A stretch of 64,000 nt of DNA from Felis catus (taxonomy: Eukaryota), in assembly GCF_018350175.1 (NCBI RefSeq), contig NC_058368.1:7564001-7628000 (forward strand), given 5' to 3'. The notes under the pieces are model-generated. The model had not been told where the DNA came from and did no database searches. It worked only from the letters and a program-made list of their open reading frames with translations. How positions within the stretch are numbered: position 1 is the first letter of the stretch; every line of letters starts with the position of its first letter. The position numbers and the translations under genes were made by a program. Of the stretch, positions 45,850 to 58,512 are shown one piece after another.

Positions 45850-47480
45850 AGGGCCGAGCTCTGGGAGAGTCCGGGAGGCCGCCTGCCCCTGACTTTTGGG
45901 CCCATCCAGCCTGGAGACGCCCCCACTCCCAACCCTCTCTCAAGGGCGACCGTGCCAGCTACTCCGCCTGCCCCCACGGGGCGCCTTCCCAGCGTCGGCC
46001 CATCACGGGGCTCCCTCCTGCCCACCTTCCCCCACACGCGGCCTCCCCGGCACCAAGGCCCCGCACCAGTGTTTTGCCTTCCTGGCTCCAGCTTCCAGTA
46101 GGCGCCCCAGAGTGAGAAAACGCCTTCCGCTCGCCTGTAAACGTCGGGTGCGGCAAATGAGGTGGGAGAAGAAGAAAACAAACAGACACACCGCTGCGGA
46201 ATAAAAGATCCCTTTTTCAGCCCGCTTTTGCCTTGCGGCTCGGGCTTAGCAGGAGAGGATGGGGAGCCAACAAGAGCCGGACCATCGCTTTGGAATCCAC
46301 AAAGGCCGGTGGCGTCAAAAGGGCTGCAAAGGGAGTGGAGACTCGAAGCAGTGAGCTGGCTAAATCGGGGCGAAGCGCGACCCCCTACAGATATTTTGGC
46401 AAAGCGTGCGCGGGTGGGCGGCTGGGTGGGCGGACAAAGGGGCTCATTACTCGCCCGATGGCTCCGCCGCTCCCCTCCCTCCGTGCGCGTGTGGACGCCG
46501 CTCCCGGCCCGCGCCCGCCGCGGCCGGTCCCGACGTGCGCCCGGGGTCCCGGGCTACGGTCCGGCGAGGCCGGCGGCGCCGAGGAGGTCGGCGAGGCGCA
46601 GGCGGCCGATCTTCTTCACCTCGCCCAGGGCGGTGCGCAGCTCCTCGGCGGGCGGGCGCTGCAGCCGGCGCGCCAGCTCCCCCGGCACCGCCGCCCGGTC
46701 GCTGAGACGCGCGGCGAGCACGAAGGGGAAGCCGAAGCGCGCGCGGTACTGAGCGTTGAGCTCCGCCAGCCGGAGCCGCTCGGCCGCGTCCAGGCTCATC
46801 AGGCCCGCGCCCCTCTGCTCCCGCCGCGACTCCGCAGTGAGCGTGCCCTGCTGCAGCTCGCGGCCCGCCAGGTCCGGGTGGCAGCGCAGGATGCCCTCTT
46901 GGCCTGCGGGGAAGCACAGACACGCAGCGGGGACGCGTCAGCGCGCGGCGGAGACGGCGGAGAGGGCGCACGGGGCTGCCAGCCGGCCTCCCGCCCCGCC
47001 CGAAGGGGGGCTTGGGGGAGGGCGGAGAGGGGGGAGACGCAGGGTCTTCTGGAGGTGACGAAGGGCAACGAGGGGTGTCCCGGATTGCGGGGGCGCCCAC
47101 CGCCGCAGCCCCTCGAACACGTCCTGAACCTTGCGCCCCTCGGTGCCAGCTCCTTCGGCCTGGGCCCGGACCCAGGGGCGGGGCGGGAAGTGACAGGCTT
47201 GTCCTTTGAGACCTTGGGGCAAGAAGAGCGGAGGGGAGAGGCCTCCGAGGCTCGGAATTTACGACTTGCTCGGGAGGGAGCAGGGACGCGATAAGGAGCC
47301 CGAGCGTTTCGTATCTTTTCAAAGTCCTTTGCTCTCGAGGGGGCTTTGATGTCGGAGAGGGCCGGACGCGGGGGCCTGAAGACTTCCTGCAAAAGCCACC
47401 GAATGGGTTTCGTTCCGTTCCGAAGGAGAAGGGCGGGGAGGGCCCAACGGGGATAACATCCATGGGGCTCGGCAAATAAA
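45850..47480. other. CpG island over URAD exon 2
   Basis: GC- and CpG-dense. Confidence 0.85.
46554..46903 (-). CDS. URAD: URAD coding exon 2 (350 nt)
   Basis: Acceptor cttccccgcag|GC; encodes QEGILRCHPDLAG (His67), ESRREQ (Glu87), YRARFGFPFV, EVKKIGRLRL, ends LLGAAGLAGP*; total 525 nt = 174 aa + stop. Confidence 0.96.
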
Positions 47481-49819
47481 CGTCCAGGATTTTGTGATCC
47501 TAAGTGTGAGGTTGGGGCGTCTGGAATGAAGCATCCAGAGAAACTTAGAGATGATTAACTGCAAAGAAACTCATTTCCAGCCGGATTTCCACAGCCTTTT
47601 GAATGAAAGTGGCTCTCCTCCTTTTAGGAAAATAACGCCCCCTTCCCACCCCACCCCCTCCCCTCCACCCACCGCACCCCCCCCCCCAGCCCACCCGCCG
47701 TCTGAGGCTCATTCCCTTTCTCCAAATATAGATCCTAAAGACAGCGCAGAGAACAACTTGGGAGTTTTCTTGCAAGATAGCTTCTCATAATCTCCGAGGC
47801 TTAAAACTGGAACCCCCTGGTGTAATGCCTGAGCTTTTAAATCCTAATCCGGGGAGTTTCCGTGAGCCCTGACCAACCATTTTTGCTTAGCTCTCTCAAG
47901 CCAGGATGCAAATGCTCAAGGCTGGGCAAGATTTCCGATATGGTGAGCAACCAGCCATAATCTGTAGGAGGAGGGTAATGACACCTAACTTGCCGAGTCG
48001 TTATGAGGATTGGAGACAATTAATTCATCCCCCCACCCCAACGCAGCGCCTAATGCTAGCAAACATCCAAGAAACAGCCGTTGTTATTAGTCGTAGTAAA
48101 CATTGTAACTGGACTGTGGGGCCGAAGCATCTGACTCTGGCGCTGAGGTGAGTCAGGAGCTCTGTTGGAGAGGGAGATCATTTAAAACTCGCTTTAAATC
48201 CGGCATAAAACCTCCCCTTACTCAAACCTTACGGTTTCTGCCCAATTAAAGGATGGTTGGGATTGCACCATCCAACTCACAGACCAGGGTCCAGGTCGGG
48301 AGAACCGGACCATCTGCTTTGAAGAGAGGATTCCGTGGAGGCTCAGAACGGATTAGGGGACCTGCCCAAGGTCACTTGGCTAGTAGCTCAAATACCAGGC
48401 GACTTGGGGGGCATTGGCCGTCCCTACAAGGTTAAAGGGCGTTTTAAACGAAAGTCGTGTCACCTGTAATTCTATCTCTACGACACCACTATTTTAGGCC
48501 CCTTCTCATGGGTCCTGTCCCGGGGCACTGCAAATGCTAGGTGCTTCTTTTCCCGGTCCGGGTGGGGCGAAAATGAAGGTGTTAAATTCCCTGCCTGCAC
48601 TGATCCCCGCCCCAGGCCCTGGAGGCTGTGCCCAGCGACCATCCGCCACTCGGAATCCGAATCCCCTCTGCACCCACCCAGCCCTGGCCCCCAGCAAACC
48701 GCAGGCTGGGGAGGGGAAATAGAGTCCTGAGCGTCTCTACAGGTCCTGACCCAGAGAGCTCTCCCTGGTGCCCCCTCCTTGCATATTCAGGTTTTCAAAG
48801 CAGCCTTTAGGCGAGGGGGACCGTGACCCAGTCTTCTGACCGACCCCCGTCTTCACTTCCTTTCCCCCCTATTTCTTATTCTCTAGAGGCCCAGCTCAAG
48901 CTTGGGGGAAAGTAGTTATTGGCGGGGAGCGTCAGCGTGGGGCTAGCGTCCGTCCCCATACAGCCCCCGAGCGGACTCCCCTAGGGGACCGCGGAGCAGA
49001 GACTGGAGGCCGCGCGGCGGGCCGGTCCCACGAGCGCCACACCTGCCCCTTTCCTCCTCGCTCTTGCACCTCGCTTCTCACCCCCCTGGGTTGTCTCCCC
49101 TCTTGAAAACACCGTCTGGGGTTAATGTTTGCCTAGGACTGGACCTGTGTCTTACACTGTTTGTGGGGAAGGTAGGGGGAAGAGAAGAGAAGGGAGGCCC
49201 AGGGAAGGGCAGGGCAAAGAGAAGAAGAAAACACACGCGCGCACGCACACACGCACACACGCATGCACGCACACCTGCGACACATATACACAGCTGCAGA
49301 TTAGAGAGAAAAAAAAGGTGCAAGGGGGCCAGTAGAGGCTGGTAGCTCAGAAAAAACAAAAAAACAAAAAAAAAAAACACAAAAAAAAACAACGTGATCC
49401 GGTCCAGCCCAGGACTCCACCTTTTCTGCCCCCACCACTGACCCCTGGAGTACTATCCGGGATGACGCTGACCCAGCCGCACCGGGCTGCGCACTCGCCA
49501 GGTCAGTCGATTGTCCTGCGGTTGGCCGGACCTTTTCAATGCTGCCTGTTTTCTTCAGTCTTTCCTGAAATCCTACGGCCTGTGCCATTGGCATGGCACA
49601 CGCAGGGATGTAGGGGTACACGTGTCTTATTTGCTGTGACCACAAGTCATCAATCTTTGCATCTAGGAGAGTTCCTGGCACAAAGCGGACACTCTTTGTT
49701 TCAATAGGAGAGCAGAGCAGGCAATTGGCTTAGAACCCATTACAGGCCACCAGGGTCCCTACATCGGTACCAACTAGTGTGTTCTCCCTGCCGGTACAAT
49801 GGATCATCTATTCCTTCTG

Positions 49820-50289
49820 GTGTGTGTGTGTGTGTGTGTGTTGATGTTTATTTTTGAGAGAGAGAGAAGGCACATGCACAAGGGAGGGGCAGAGAGAGAG
49901 GAAGACAGAGGATCAGAACCACACTCTGTGCTGACAGCAGAGAGCCGGATGTGGGGCTGGAACTCAAGAAGATAATGACCTGAGCCAGAGTTGGAGGCTT
50001 CAGGTAGGTCGCTTAACCAACTGAGCCACCCGGGCGCCCCCCGCATCTGTTGTGTTCTTTTTTTTTTTTTTTAATTTTTTTTCCCAACGTTTATTTATTT
50101 TTGGGACAGAGAGAGACAGAGCATGAACGGGGGAGGGGCAGAGAGAGAGGGAGACACAGAATCGGAAACAGGCTCCAGGCTCTGAGCCATCAGCCCAGAG
50201 CCTGACGCGGGGCTCGAACTCACGGACCGCGAGATCGTGACCTGGCTGAAGTCGGACGCTGAACCGACTGCGCCCCCCAGGCGCCCCCC
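49820..50289 (-). mobile_element. Two SINEs (49820-50040 with TG tail; 50060-50289 young)
   Basis: TSD catctgttgtgttctt at 50044-50059 and 50290-50305. Confidence 0.92.
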
Positions 50290-51399
50290 CATCTGTTGTG
50301 TTCTTGAAGCTGGTCCTCTTTCCATATCAAGTCTATGATTTCAAACATCCATTTCTTCCCCCCTCACTCCCGGCACTGCCTTATCCTCAGCAACCACGAA
50401 TGCGCCTTAGAGTCACTCGTCCCACCAACAAAATTAAACTCTCCCTTGATTCCTCTAGATTCTCCCTATATCTCTGCTCCTCCTTACAGCAAACACCTCA
50501 AAGGGGTTCTCACCTCCTATTCCAGGTTCACTCTATCAAGCTTTCAGTCCCACCCGCCATCCGCCAACCAATCTGCGCTCATCAAGGTCACAGATGATGG
50601 CCATCTTGCCCAAACCCAGCGGCCTGTGCTCCTGTCTTCTTCCTCAGCCTCTTGAGAGAATGTCATATGGTTGTTCCTCTGTCCTTCTTAAAAGATTATC
50701 ATCACTTGCCTACTTTCGTCATTGGTTCCTGTTCTGCCAGATCACTAACACTGAAGTACCCCAGGACTCAGTACTTCTCTTCCCCTCTGTATTTGCACAA
50801 ATGCCCAGGTGTTCTCACCGGGTCTCATGGCTTTAAATGCCATCAGTTTGTGTGTGTGTGTGTTTTTTTTTATGACACCTGGATCCAAAAAGTCTCAGGT
50901 TCCTTTTCTAAGATGGCCTTCTCCTGGAGCTTAGACTGCTTTCTTCTCATCTTTTGGTTTTTGGGACTCCAATGTCACTTCCTAAGAAAGACCTATTTTA
51001 TTACATATTTTCTTCTAACACTTTTTTAGAATGTGAAATTATCTCATTTACTTATGTTAATCCAGTCTCTCTCTACTAGAATGTAAACTCGTTGAAGGTA
51101 GGCACTTGTCTGATCCACAATGCCTGGGACAATTCCTGGGGCACAGTGGGCGCTTGACCAACACATCACTTTTGGGAAGGAGTGCCATATATATCTTTTG
51201 ATTGAACACATTTGAACAGCCTCTTCTAAATACCTGATAGCCTGCATTTCAGGGAATTATTAGTATCTTTTTTATTCATTCAACAACTATGTTCTGAAAG
51301 AAGTATTAAATAATAAATGATGGCATTATTGCAATTCTGAAATGTCACAAGGAGATGCACTTTTTATCTTTGATTTTAACACAAATTAGTACTGAATTG

Positions 51400-51401
<2 letters not shown>

Positions 51402-51435
<34 letters not shown>
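51402..51435 (+). repeat. (TG)n microsatellite
   Basis: Direct reading. Confidence 0.95.
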
Positions 51436-51437
<2 letters not shown>

Positions 51438-51954
51438 CAACTGTCTTCCCTTTATTTTCTCCACGCCCCTTGGCTGGAAATCAGGAACTGATGGGCTTGA
51501 AAGGGTGCTTGGCCAATTAGTGCTGGAACTGAATATTAATCCTGGACTGCCACCTACTGACCAACAATCATCATAGTGCAACGGAGTGGATTGTCAACCT
51601 TGGTTTACTCTACAAACAAGATTTTGTTTTCTGCGAATTGTGGAGGATTTTCTTAGATCGTGTATAAAACAAATCCTTGACCAGGTAGATCACCCTATCC
51701 CGAACTTTCTTTTAAGGCCTCTTTTCGTTATGGGATTAAAAGACTCTATTACATTCCCAACTCTGCAGATTAAAGCTAGACTATGCAGTAAATCCCGTTT
51801 TATTTGCTTATTGAAATAACCCAACATAGGATCTGGGACATCAAGCCTTAATATGAATTGAATAAATTAGTGAATGAATAAAAGAACTCCCTAGAAACTC
51901 TTTTTAGCCTGTTCTGATTCTCTAAAAAATGCTTCAAAAGCTGCTGGGTCGACC

Positions 51955-52182
51955 ATCAAGGTTGGAATCCCGGTTCTGCCACTTTCTAGCTGTGTGTTCT
52001 TGATCAAGTTATTTATCCTTGCTGTTCTTCTGTTTTCTCATCTGTAAGATGGATATGATCACGATAATGCTTGTTTTATAAGATTACCATAAGGATTAAA
52101 TGAGTTAATAAATGGAAAGTGTTTACAAATGTGCCTGAAATACACCAAAAGTAAGGGTTAAATGCATTTTCGCTATTATTAT
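51955..52182 (-). mobile_element. MIR
   Basis: aatcccggttctgccactttctagctgtgtg...tctcatctgtaagatgg...aggattaaatgag core. Confidence 0.8.
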
Positions 52183-54255
52183 TTTCATCGCTCACGTTGC
52201 CTCTCCAACATCATGGAGGTGATTAGATACAAAGTAACCACCCTTATAGCTTTGAAGCCCTGCTCCCAGCTGCCTAAGAGAACGTGGACACTGGCATAGC
52301 ACTGAGAAGCAGGATCCACATAAGGAGGTCCCTCCAAAGGACAGTGTCTGATGCAGAAGGGAGAAAACACCCCAGTGACCCCAGCTCCCTCTGTCATTTT
52401 GTCCCATGGGCCTGTCACTAAAGTCGCTCCAGGTGAAATGTGTGGGGAAAGGGTACCAGGATCCATCACCTTTCAAAATCATCTTATGATCTCATCTTCT
52501 GAATTGTTTCATGCATTCGATATTAAGTCCCTATTCACTGAGCGATGTAGGATTCTGACACCGACCAGAATACGGAGCTCCCGCTGAGTTAGGAGAGGGA
52601 TCAAATACAAGCCTCAGGAGGGAGGGGGTGAATGCCAATCCCCATATCCCACTTTGCTCAGGACTGTGATTGGATTTGACCTTAACTAACCTTAACGAGA
52701 ACCTCTGCTCAAACTGATTGGAGTGACTGCTGATGAGAGAGAAGACAGAAATAGGGAAATTTTAATTTTATTATCTAAGTTCTTGGCACGGCAAGCCCTA
52801 AATAAATGTTGAATAACTGGATAAACCAGTGAATACTGGGTTTGAATTATCCACGCAATCCTTTCCCAGCCCTACCACCCCTTAGGTATTGAGACAGATG
52901 GTGGAATTTTTCTCCTTTATTTTTTTTTTAACATGCTAGAAAAAATGCCATTCATAAGGCATCACACCCTTTAAAAATTATTTCCCCTCTGGCCTAGAAG
53001 CCTTCCATTTGACCTGCCTTTTCCTGTCAGACATTTCGAACACGGGCTCTGGTAGCTTCTTACTGTTTCCAGCTTGTTCTGCAGGCTGTATGCTGACAAG
53101 GGGAGCCTCTCGGCTCATCAAGCTGGGACTGACCATCCTGTGAGTCACCGGTCACAAGGCTTTGGTGTCCTTCAGCCCCACGAATGCCCGAGCCCAGTGG
53201 CAGAGCTGAGCAAGGCCCCGAGAAAGGGGTGACTGTCAACGTTTCTGTCAGTTTCATTTTATAACACGATCCTCTCCTCTTGCCAGATGTGCCCCAAATC
53301 AATTAAAACGAGTTCTTTATTTGGGGGACGTTCGGGAACCACCCCGGATGTCAGACTCTGGACGGATGGGCAAGACTGTCCGTTGGCCTCATTACGGGGG
53401 AGAAGACGGTGGCGGTCCTCCTCTCCCCCACCCCCACCCCCACCCCCCAGGCCTCTGTGGGAGCCCCTCTGTGAAGGCAGCCCTTGCCCCTCGCCTCCCT
53501 TCAGGCTTTTCTGAAGATACCCGAACAGCCCCGGAAGCAGCCCTGACTCTAACCCTCGGTCTCTGAATCCCTGTGAGGCCCTGTGTCACTCTGAGTCACT
53601 TGCGGTAAGCCTAAACCTCCACCCTCCTCACCCTACACCCGCAAGGGTCTCCTTGTCTCTCTCTAGCCAGAGGAAATCAACAATTTCTCTCCCTTTCGCC
53701 GGAGGAATTCCTTCAGATTTTTGTCTTTTCCTCTTCGCTCCCTCAGGGAGTTGCTGATCTGAGTGAGTCTCCTTTCCTCGGTGGTCCAGTCCAAACTGGC
53801 CCTTTCTGGTAAAAATGTCAGCCATTTGCTCTTTCCCCTGGGCTCCTGAGATATTCTGATACCGTGCTGTCTCCTCTCTTGCATACAGGACATTCCCAGA
53901 GCCAACACACTTGGCTAAGAGAGGGTGGGCCCTCAGCCTGACCTTTGGCCTCTGTGGGGCTGCGAGGAGGCCCGAGGAGAACTGTGCCTGTTCCTCTTCC
54001 GTCGTGACCTCGTGGCTTTAATATTTAACAACCCCTTTACCCGAGCCCACGTACCTCGCCAATTCTACCTCCGGCCCGACACCTCGCAAGCGTCTGACCC
54101 TCATTGACCGAGTCTAAGGAGATCGAGCCTTACGATAAAAATACCAATCAATACGTCAGGGATAAGCAACTAGGCTAAAATATCTCAAACCATCCGGGTA
54201 AATACGCTTGATAGCCCTTCGCACAGACTCTCGGCGTCTAATGCCGAAGCCTTAC

Positions 54256-54430
54256 CTGACTGTGGAAGGGCGTCAATAAAGGCAAAAAAGTGCTTCTCTA
54301 AATCTTCCGAGTTGGAGAACGGGCGCTGGGACCACACAGCAGCCGCGATCAGAGGGCATCTCTCAACGACATTCCCGAACACATCCACAAATTCTCCAAA
54401 GTCCATGGAGTTGACCTTCTCCATGTCCAT
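54256..54430 (-). CDS. URAD: URAD (OHCU decarboxylase, PRHOXNB) coding exon 1 (175 nt)
   Basis: MDMEKVNSMDFGEFVDVFGNVVERCPLIAAAVWSQRPF...FIDALPQSG; donor TCAG|gtaagg. Confidence 0.96.
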
Positions 54431-54506
54431 TGCTCGCGTTCAGCTGGACGAAGCAGAACGTCAGCTCCCCTCTCGGCGACTGAGCGACGCTCGGCCCGCT
54501 CACCCG

Positions 54507-54515
54507 CTTATATTT
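54507..54515 (-). promoter_or_regulatory. TATA-like box of URAD (AAATATAAG)
   Basis: About 80 nt upstream of the URAD ATG. Confidence 0.5.
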
Positions 54516-54542
54516 GCCGAACACACAAGCTTTTTTCCTGGT

Positions 54543-54569
54543 TGTGTGTGTGTGTGTGTGTGTGTGTGT
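54543..54569 (+). repeat. (TG)n microsatellite in the URAD promoter
   Basis: Direct reading. Confidence 0.95.
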
Positions 54570-55323
54570 TTATGCAACACCCGCTTGGCATGTTTTGAAT
54601 GCTTCTGGGAGCAGTGGGTCCAGAGTACTCGGGTGATGGACAAACACAGGCTTCAGGCTCCAGTCCCGGGAGTGGAGGGCTCTATGGGAGGAATGTTTCC
54701 AGCCACTCTGCTCCCACAAAGCCAGGAGGGACCCGATTTCACTGTGGGCCTTCAGGCCAGAGAGACTCTCGGTGTCATGAACATTTTAACGCCAACGTCA
54801 TCCCGGGAAGCTCCCTCTGGTAACTCAGAGACTGGTCGCAAGTCAACCCGCTTGGAGTTTGATTTCCCCTCTGTTGCCGCTGTGGGGTCAGGTAGTGCGT
54901 TTTACGCGCTTTCCCTGTATTTCGGATACCTAAGACATCAGGTGCTTTATAAATGCTCTTGAAACGGGATGTGGTCTCAAAGCAAGAACTCTGCCCCATT
55001 CTCAACTGTCCCTCAAACACCATTACGTGCTGTCTTCTTCCTGAGAATATATGCTTATCTGAAATCACTTTGCTTCTTATATTTACTTATTTGCATATCA
55101 CCTCTCAGCTCTGACCAATGCCGTGAGCCTGGAGACCGCGTGTCTTGCGTGCTTCTGTGTCCCGGGTGCCTAGAACCGTGCCCACGGTAGGCGCACAATA
55201 AACGCCATGGGGTGAATTCGTTGACCCAATGACCACATGGATCGAATTTCTCACCCGGATATCCTTCATGGGTACTCAAAATGAAAACTACCGTGGAAGA
55301 TAAAGCCAAAGAAAAGGAGGGGA

Positions 55324-57998
55324 GGGGCTCCTGGGTGGCTCAGTCGGTTAAGCGTCCAACTTCGGCTCAGGTCACGATCTTACGGTTCCTGAGTTCGAGC
55401 CCCGCCTTGGGCTCTGTGCTGCCGGCTCGGAGCCTGGAGCCCGCTTGGGATTCTGTGTCTCCCTCTCCCTCTGCCCCTCCCCTGCTCCCGCTCTGTGTCT
55501 CTCTCTCTCTTTCAAAAATAAAATAAAACATTAAAAAAAAAAAAGAGTTGGATGCTCAAGCAACTGAGCCACCCAGGCGCCTCAAAACTTTGCTTTTCAA
55601 GGAAGTAAATCCAGCACCCGAAGTACCACCGTTGCTGGCTTGTCTTCACATGTGAAAGAGGAGCTACGAGATTAACACTTACGTATAACATACTTGTGTG
55701 TACGTGAAAGCACATTGAATCCTGTGGTGTATGAGTTTCAGGCAGTAGAACGCAGCGTGGAGAACACGGACCCAGGAGGGTTTTGATCCTGGTTCCGCCA
55801 TTACAATCAGACGTTTGTCAAGTTACGGAACCTTCTGTTTTCCAGCTTGTCTGTATAATGGGGACAATGACGTGTTCACCTGGTGGTAGCACGACGTAGC
55901 TGTTGGCTACTATTTTCTGGGTCGAATCTCTCCACTGGACCAACCACAGAGTTTTCTCCTCTTTCCTTCCCGCCCTTAGCGTCTGTTGCTCGTCCATGCA
56001 GGCTTTGCGGTGGGCCCAGTCAACAGGCCAATAGCCATTTCTTCTCCCTCCGCCACCCCCCCCCCCCACCAGCCTCGGTTCATTGTAGTGTGACCTGTGA
56101 AGCACCTGCAATGTTCAAATCAGAGTGTGGGGAAAGGGAGGAGGAGTCTGGCTGGATCCCGACCCTGGTCCGTCCAGGCTCCTTCGCCTCATTACCACCC
56201 GCATCCCCAGACGCTGGGAAAAGCAGGTAGAGCAGAAGTAGAGAAAGAAGGGCATTCTGGTTCCATCGCTCCTTGTCGCCCCCCCCCCTTTTATATGACC
56301 CCTTATCATTTCCTGCTCTTACCTCTGCACATCAAGGGTCTCCCCGCCCCCAAAGGAGCCCCTGTCTGGGGCTTGGAGCCTGGGGGTTCTCGGCTGCTCA
56401 CAGAACCACATCTCAATTTGCAAATGGAAACCCTTCCGCTCACAGCGATGCCAAGAGGCATGATGGGAAAGACCTATTGATATTACCACCATTCTGGCAC
56501 GGGGCTGGAAACCGAAGCTTTTATTTTGCTGTATCTATCGTATAATAATGGACCTCCCAAAAACCTACCGACGTAGGAACCCTCAAGACGCAAAAAGTTC
56601 AGGAATTAAACAGTCACGGACACGGAAACAATGTTGATGACAACAAAATACAAATTACCAGCGTGGAACCAGCAGCTCGTGCCACTGGGCTTAACTCAGC
56701 ACCTTGGGCTCCACTTCTGCTGACTCTCAACCAATCAAACCAACCAGAAACATGGAAGGCGGTGAGCAAGTAAGGCAACTTTCATCCGGGGAAAAAGCTG
56801 AGTTATTGAGTAGTTCAATATAAATAAGAGAATTGTGTGGTATACGAATTATGTATCAGTAAAGTTTTTTTTTTTTTTTTTTTGAGAGACAGCACAGTGA
56901 GGGAGAGGGGCAGAGAGAGAGAGAGAGAGCTAAACAGGCTTCACACTCAGCATGGAGCCCAACACGGAGCTGGAACCCCCAACCCTGGGATCATGACTTG
57001 AGCCAAAATCAAGAGGCGACGCTCAACCAACTGAGTCATCCAGAACCTCCTCGATAAAGCTTTTTTAAAAAAGTTATAGAGGTGTGCCTGGGTGGCCCAG
57101 TCAGTTAAGCGTCCAGCTCTTGGTTTCGGCTCAGGGCATGATCTCAGGATATGTGAGCCCAAGCCCTTGGGTCGGCCTCTGGGCTGATGACACAGAGCCT
57201 GCTCAGGATGTTCTCTCTCCCTCTCTCTCTGCCCTTCTGCTGGAGCGCTCTCTCTCTCTCTCAAAATAAATAAATAACCTTTAAAAATTAAATAGATAAA
57301 AAATAAAGAGTTAAATTCTATAAAGATGTAGCCTCATAAGTTAACAGCACCAGATAGCCTTCTTGCCTTCCAGTTGTTGAATGTATCATATTTGACTTTA
57401 GTATAGTTTTTCTCTTAAGAGACTTTTACCAGAACACGGAAAAAGTTCTTACACGGGCATACATACATTTTTGTTTCATTTTTGTAGCTGAAACGTTCAC
57501 ACGTCAGCTCCCTCCCACCAGCCGCCCTTAACTTTTCGTGAGTGGAGCTGACGCGAAGTGTTTTGTCAAGAAGATACCAGAAAGACAGTTTGCTTTTCTT
57601 TCACAGACGTTTTTAATTTGAGGCACATTGGGAGTCAGAACTCATCTCATCTTGCTGTTCCCAGACGGCTTTCATAAGCTGAGGACTGAGCCAAAGCAAC
57701 AGGCCCTGGCAGGAGCCCAGACCCCCGGTGTGGCTGTGAGATGGGTGAGTACTTAGTACCTGCTTTGGGTCTAAGGAAGTGACTTAACCTGCTTTCTTCT
57801 TTTTTAAAAAAATTTTCAAATGTTTATTTGCATTTGGGGGGCGGGGAGGGGCAGAGAGCGAGGGAGACAGAGGAACTGATCGGGCTCTGCGCTGACAGCC
57901 GAGACCCTGACACGGGGCTGGAACCCACGAACCGTGAGATCCTGACCTGAGCTGAAGTCAGATGCTTGACCGACTGAGCCCCTCCACTGGGCGCCCCA
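55324..57998. mobile_element. SINEs at 55324-55545 (plus), 55543-55583 (minus head fragment), 56865-57050 (minus), 57081-57290 (plus), 57800-57998 (minus)
   Basis: Recognisable heads and tails; unique sequence lies between them. Confidence 0.85.
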
Positions 57999-58129
57999 GC
58001 GACTTAACCTTCTTCAAGCGCCTTGGTGTCACCAGCTGTTCAGCTGCCACACAGCAACTCCAACCCCACGTTTTACTAAATGGGACGATACATGTGACGC
58101 CTTTAGCACAGCTGCGGGACGGAGTGTAT

Positions 58130-58512
58130 TATCGACAAATGGTAATATAAAGAGTTCATCACAGCGAACCTTGAGGACGTTATAGGCTAGGTGCGATAAA
58201 CCAGTTACAAAACGACCCATCCTGGGTGATTCCACTCAGGTGCCTAGAGGAGTCAAGATCACAGAAGCAGAATGTAGGAAGGTGGTCGCCGGGGGCCGGA
58301 GGTAGAGGGGGTAGGGAGTTAATGTTTAATGGGGACGGTTTCCGTTTGCGGAGATGAAAACGTTCCATCTGGAGACGGTGGTGGTGGTGATTTGCACAGC
58401 AGCGTCAATGTGCTGAATGCCATTGAACTCCACACTGAGGGATGGTTGCAGGGGGTAGGTTGTACATGCACATGCATGTATGTTATACGTGTTTTGCTAC
58501 CAAAAAAAAAAA
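58130..58512 (+). mobile_element. Old L1M 3'-end fragment
   Basis: aaccttgaggacgttataggctag...gagttaatgtttaatggggacgg...aatgccattgaact. Confidence 0.75.

Noticed and set aside
46233..47475. Long ORFs of 353 aa (plus) and 342 aa (minus) over URAD exon 2
   Set aside because: Shadow frames of a very GC-rich exon and CpG island
57502..57553. 10-bp inverted repeat resembling a pre-miRNA hairpin
   Set aside because: Stem too short and loop (~32 nt) too large
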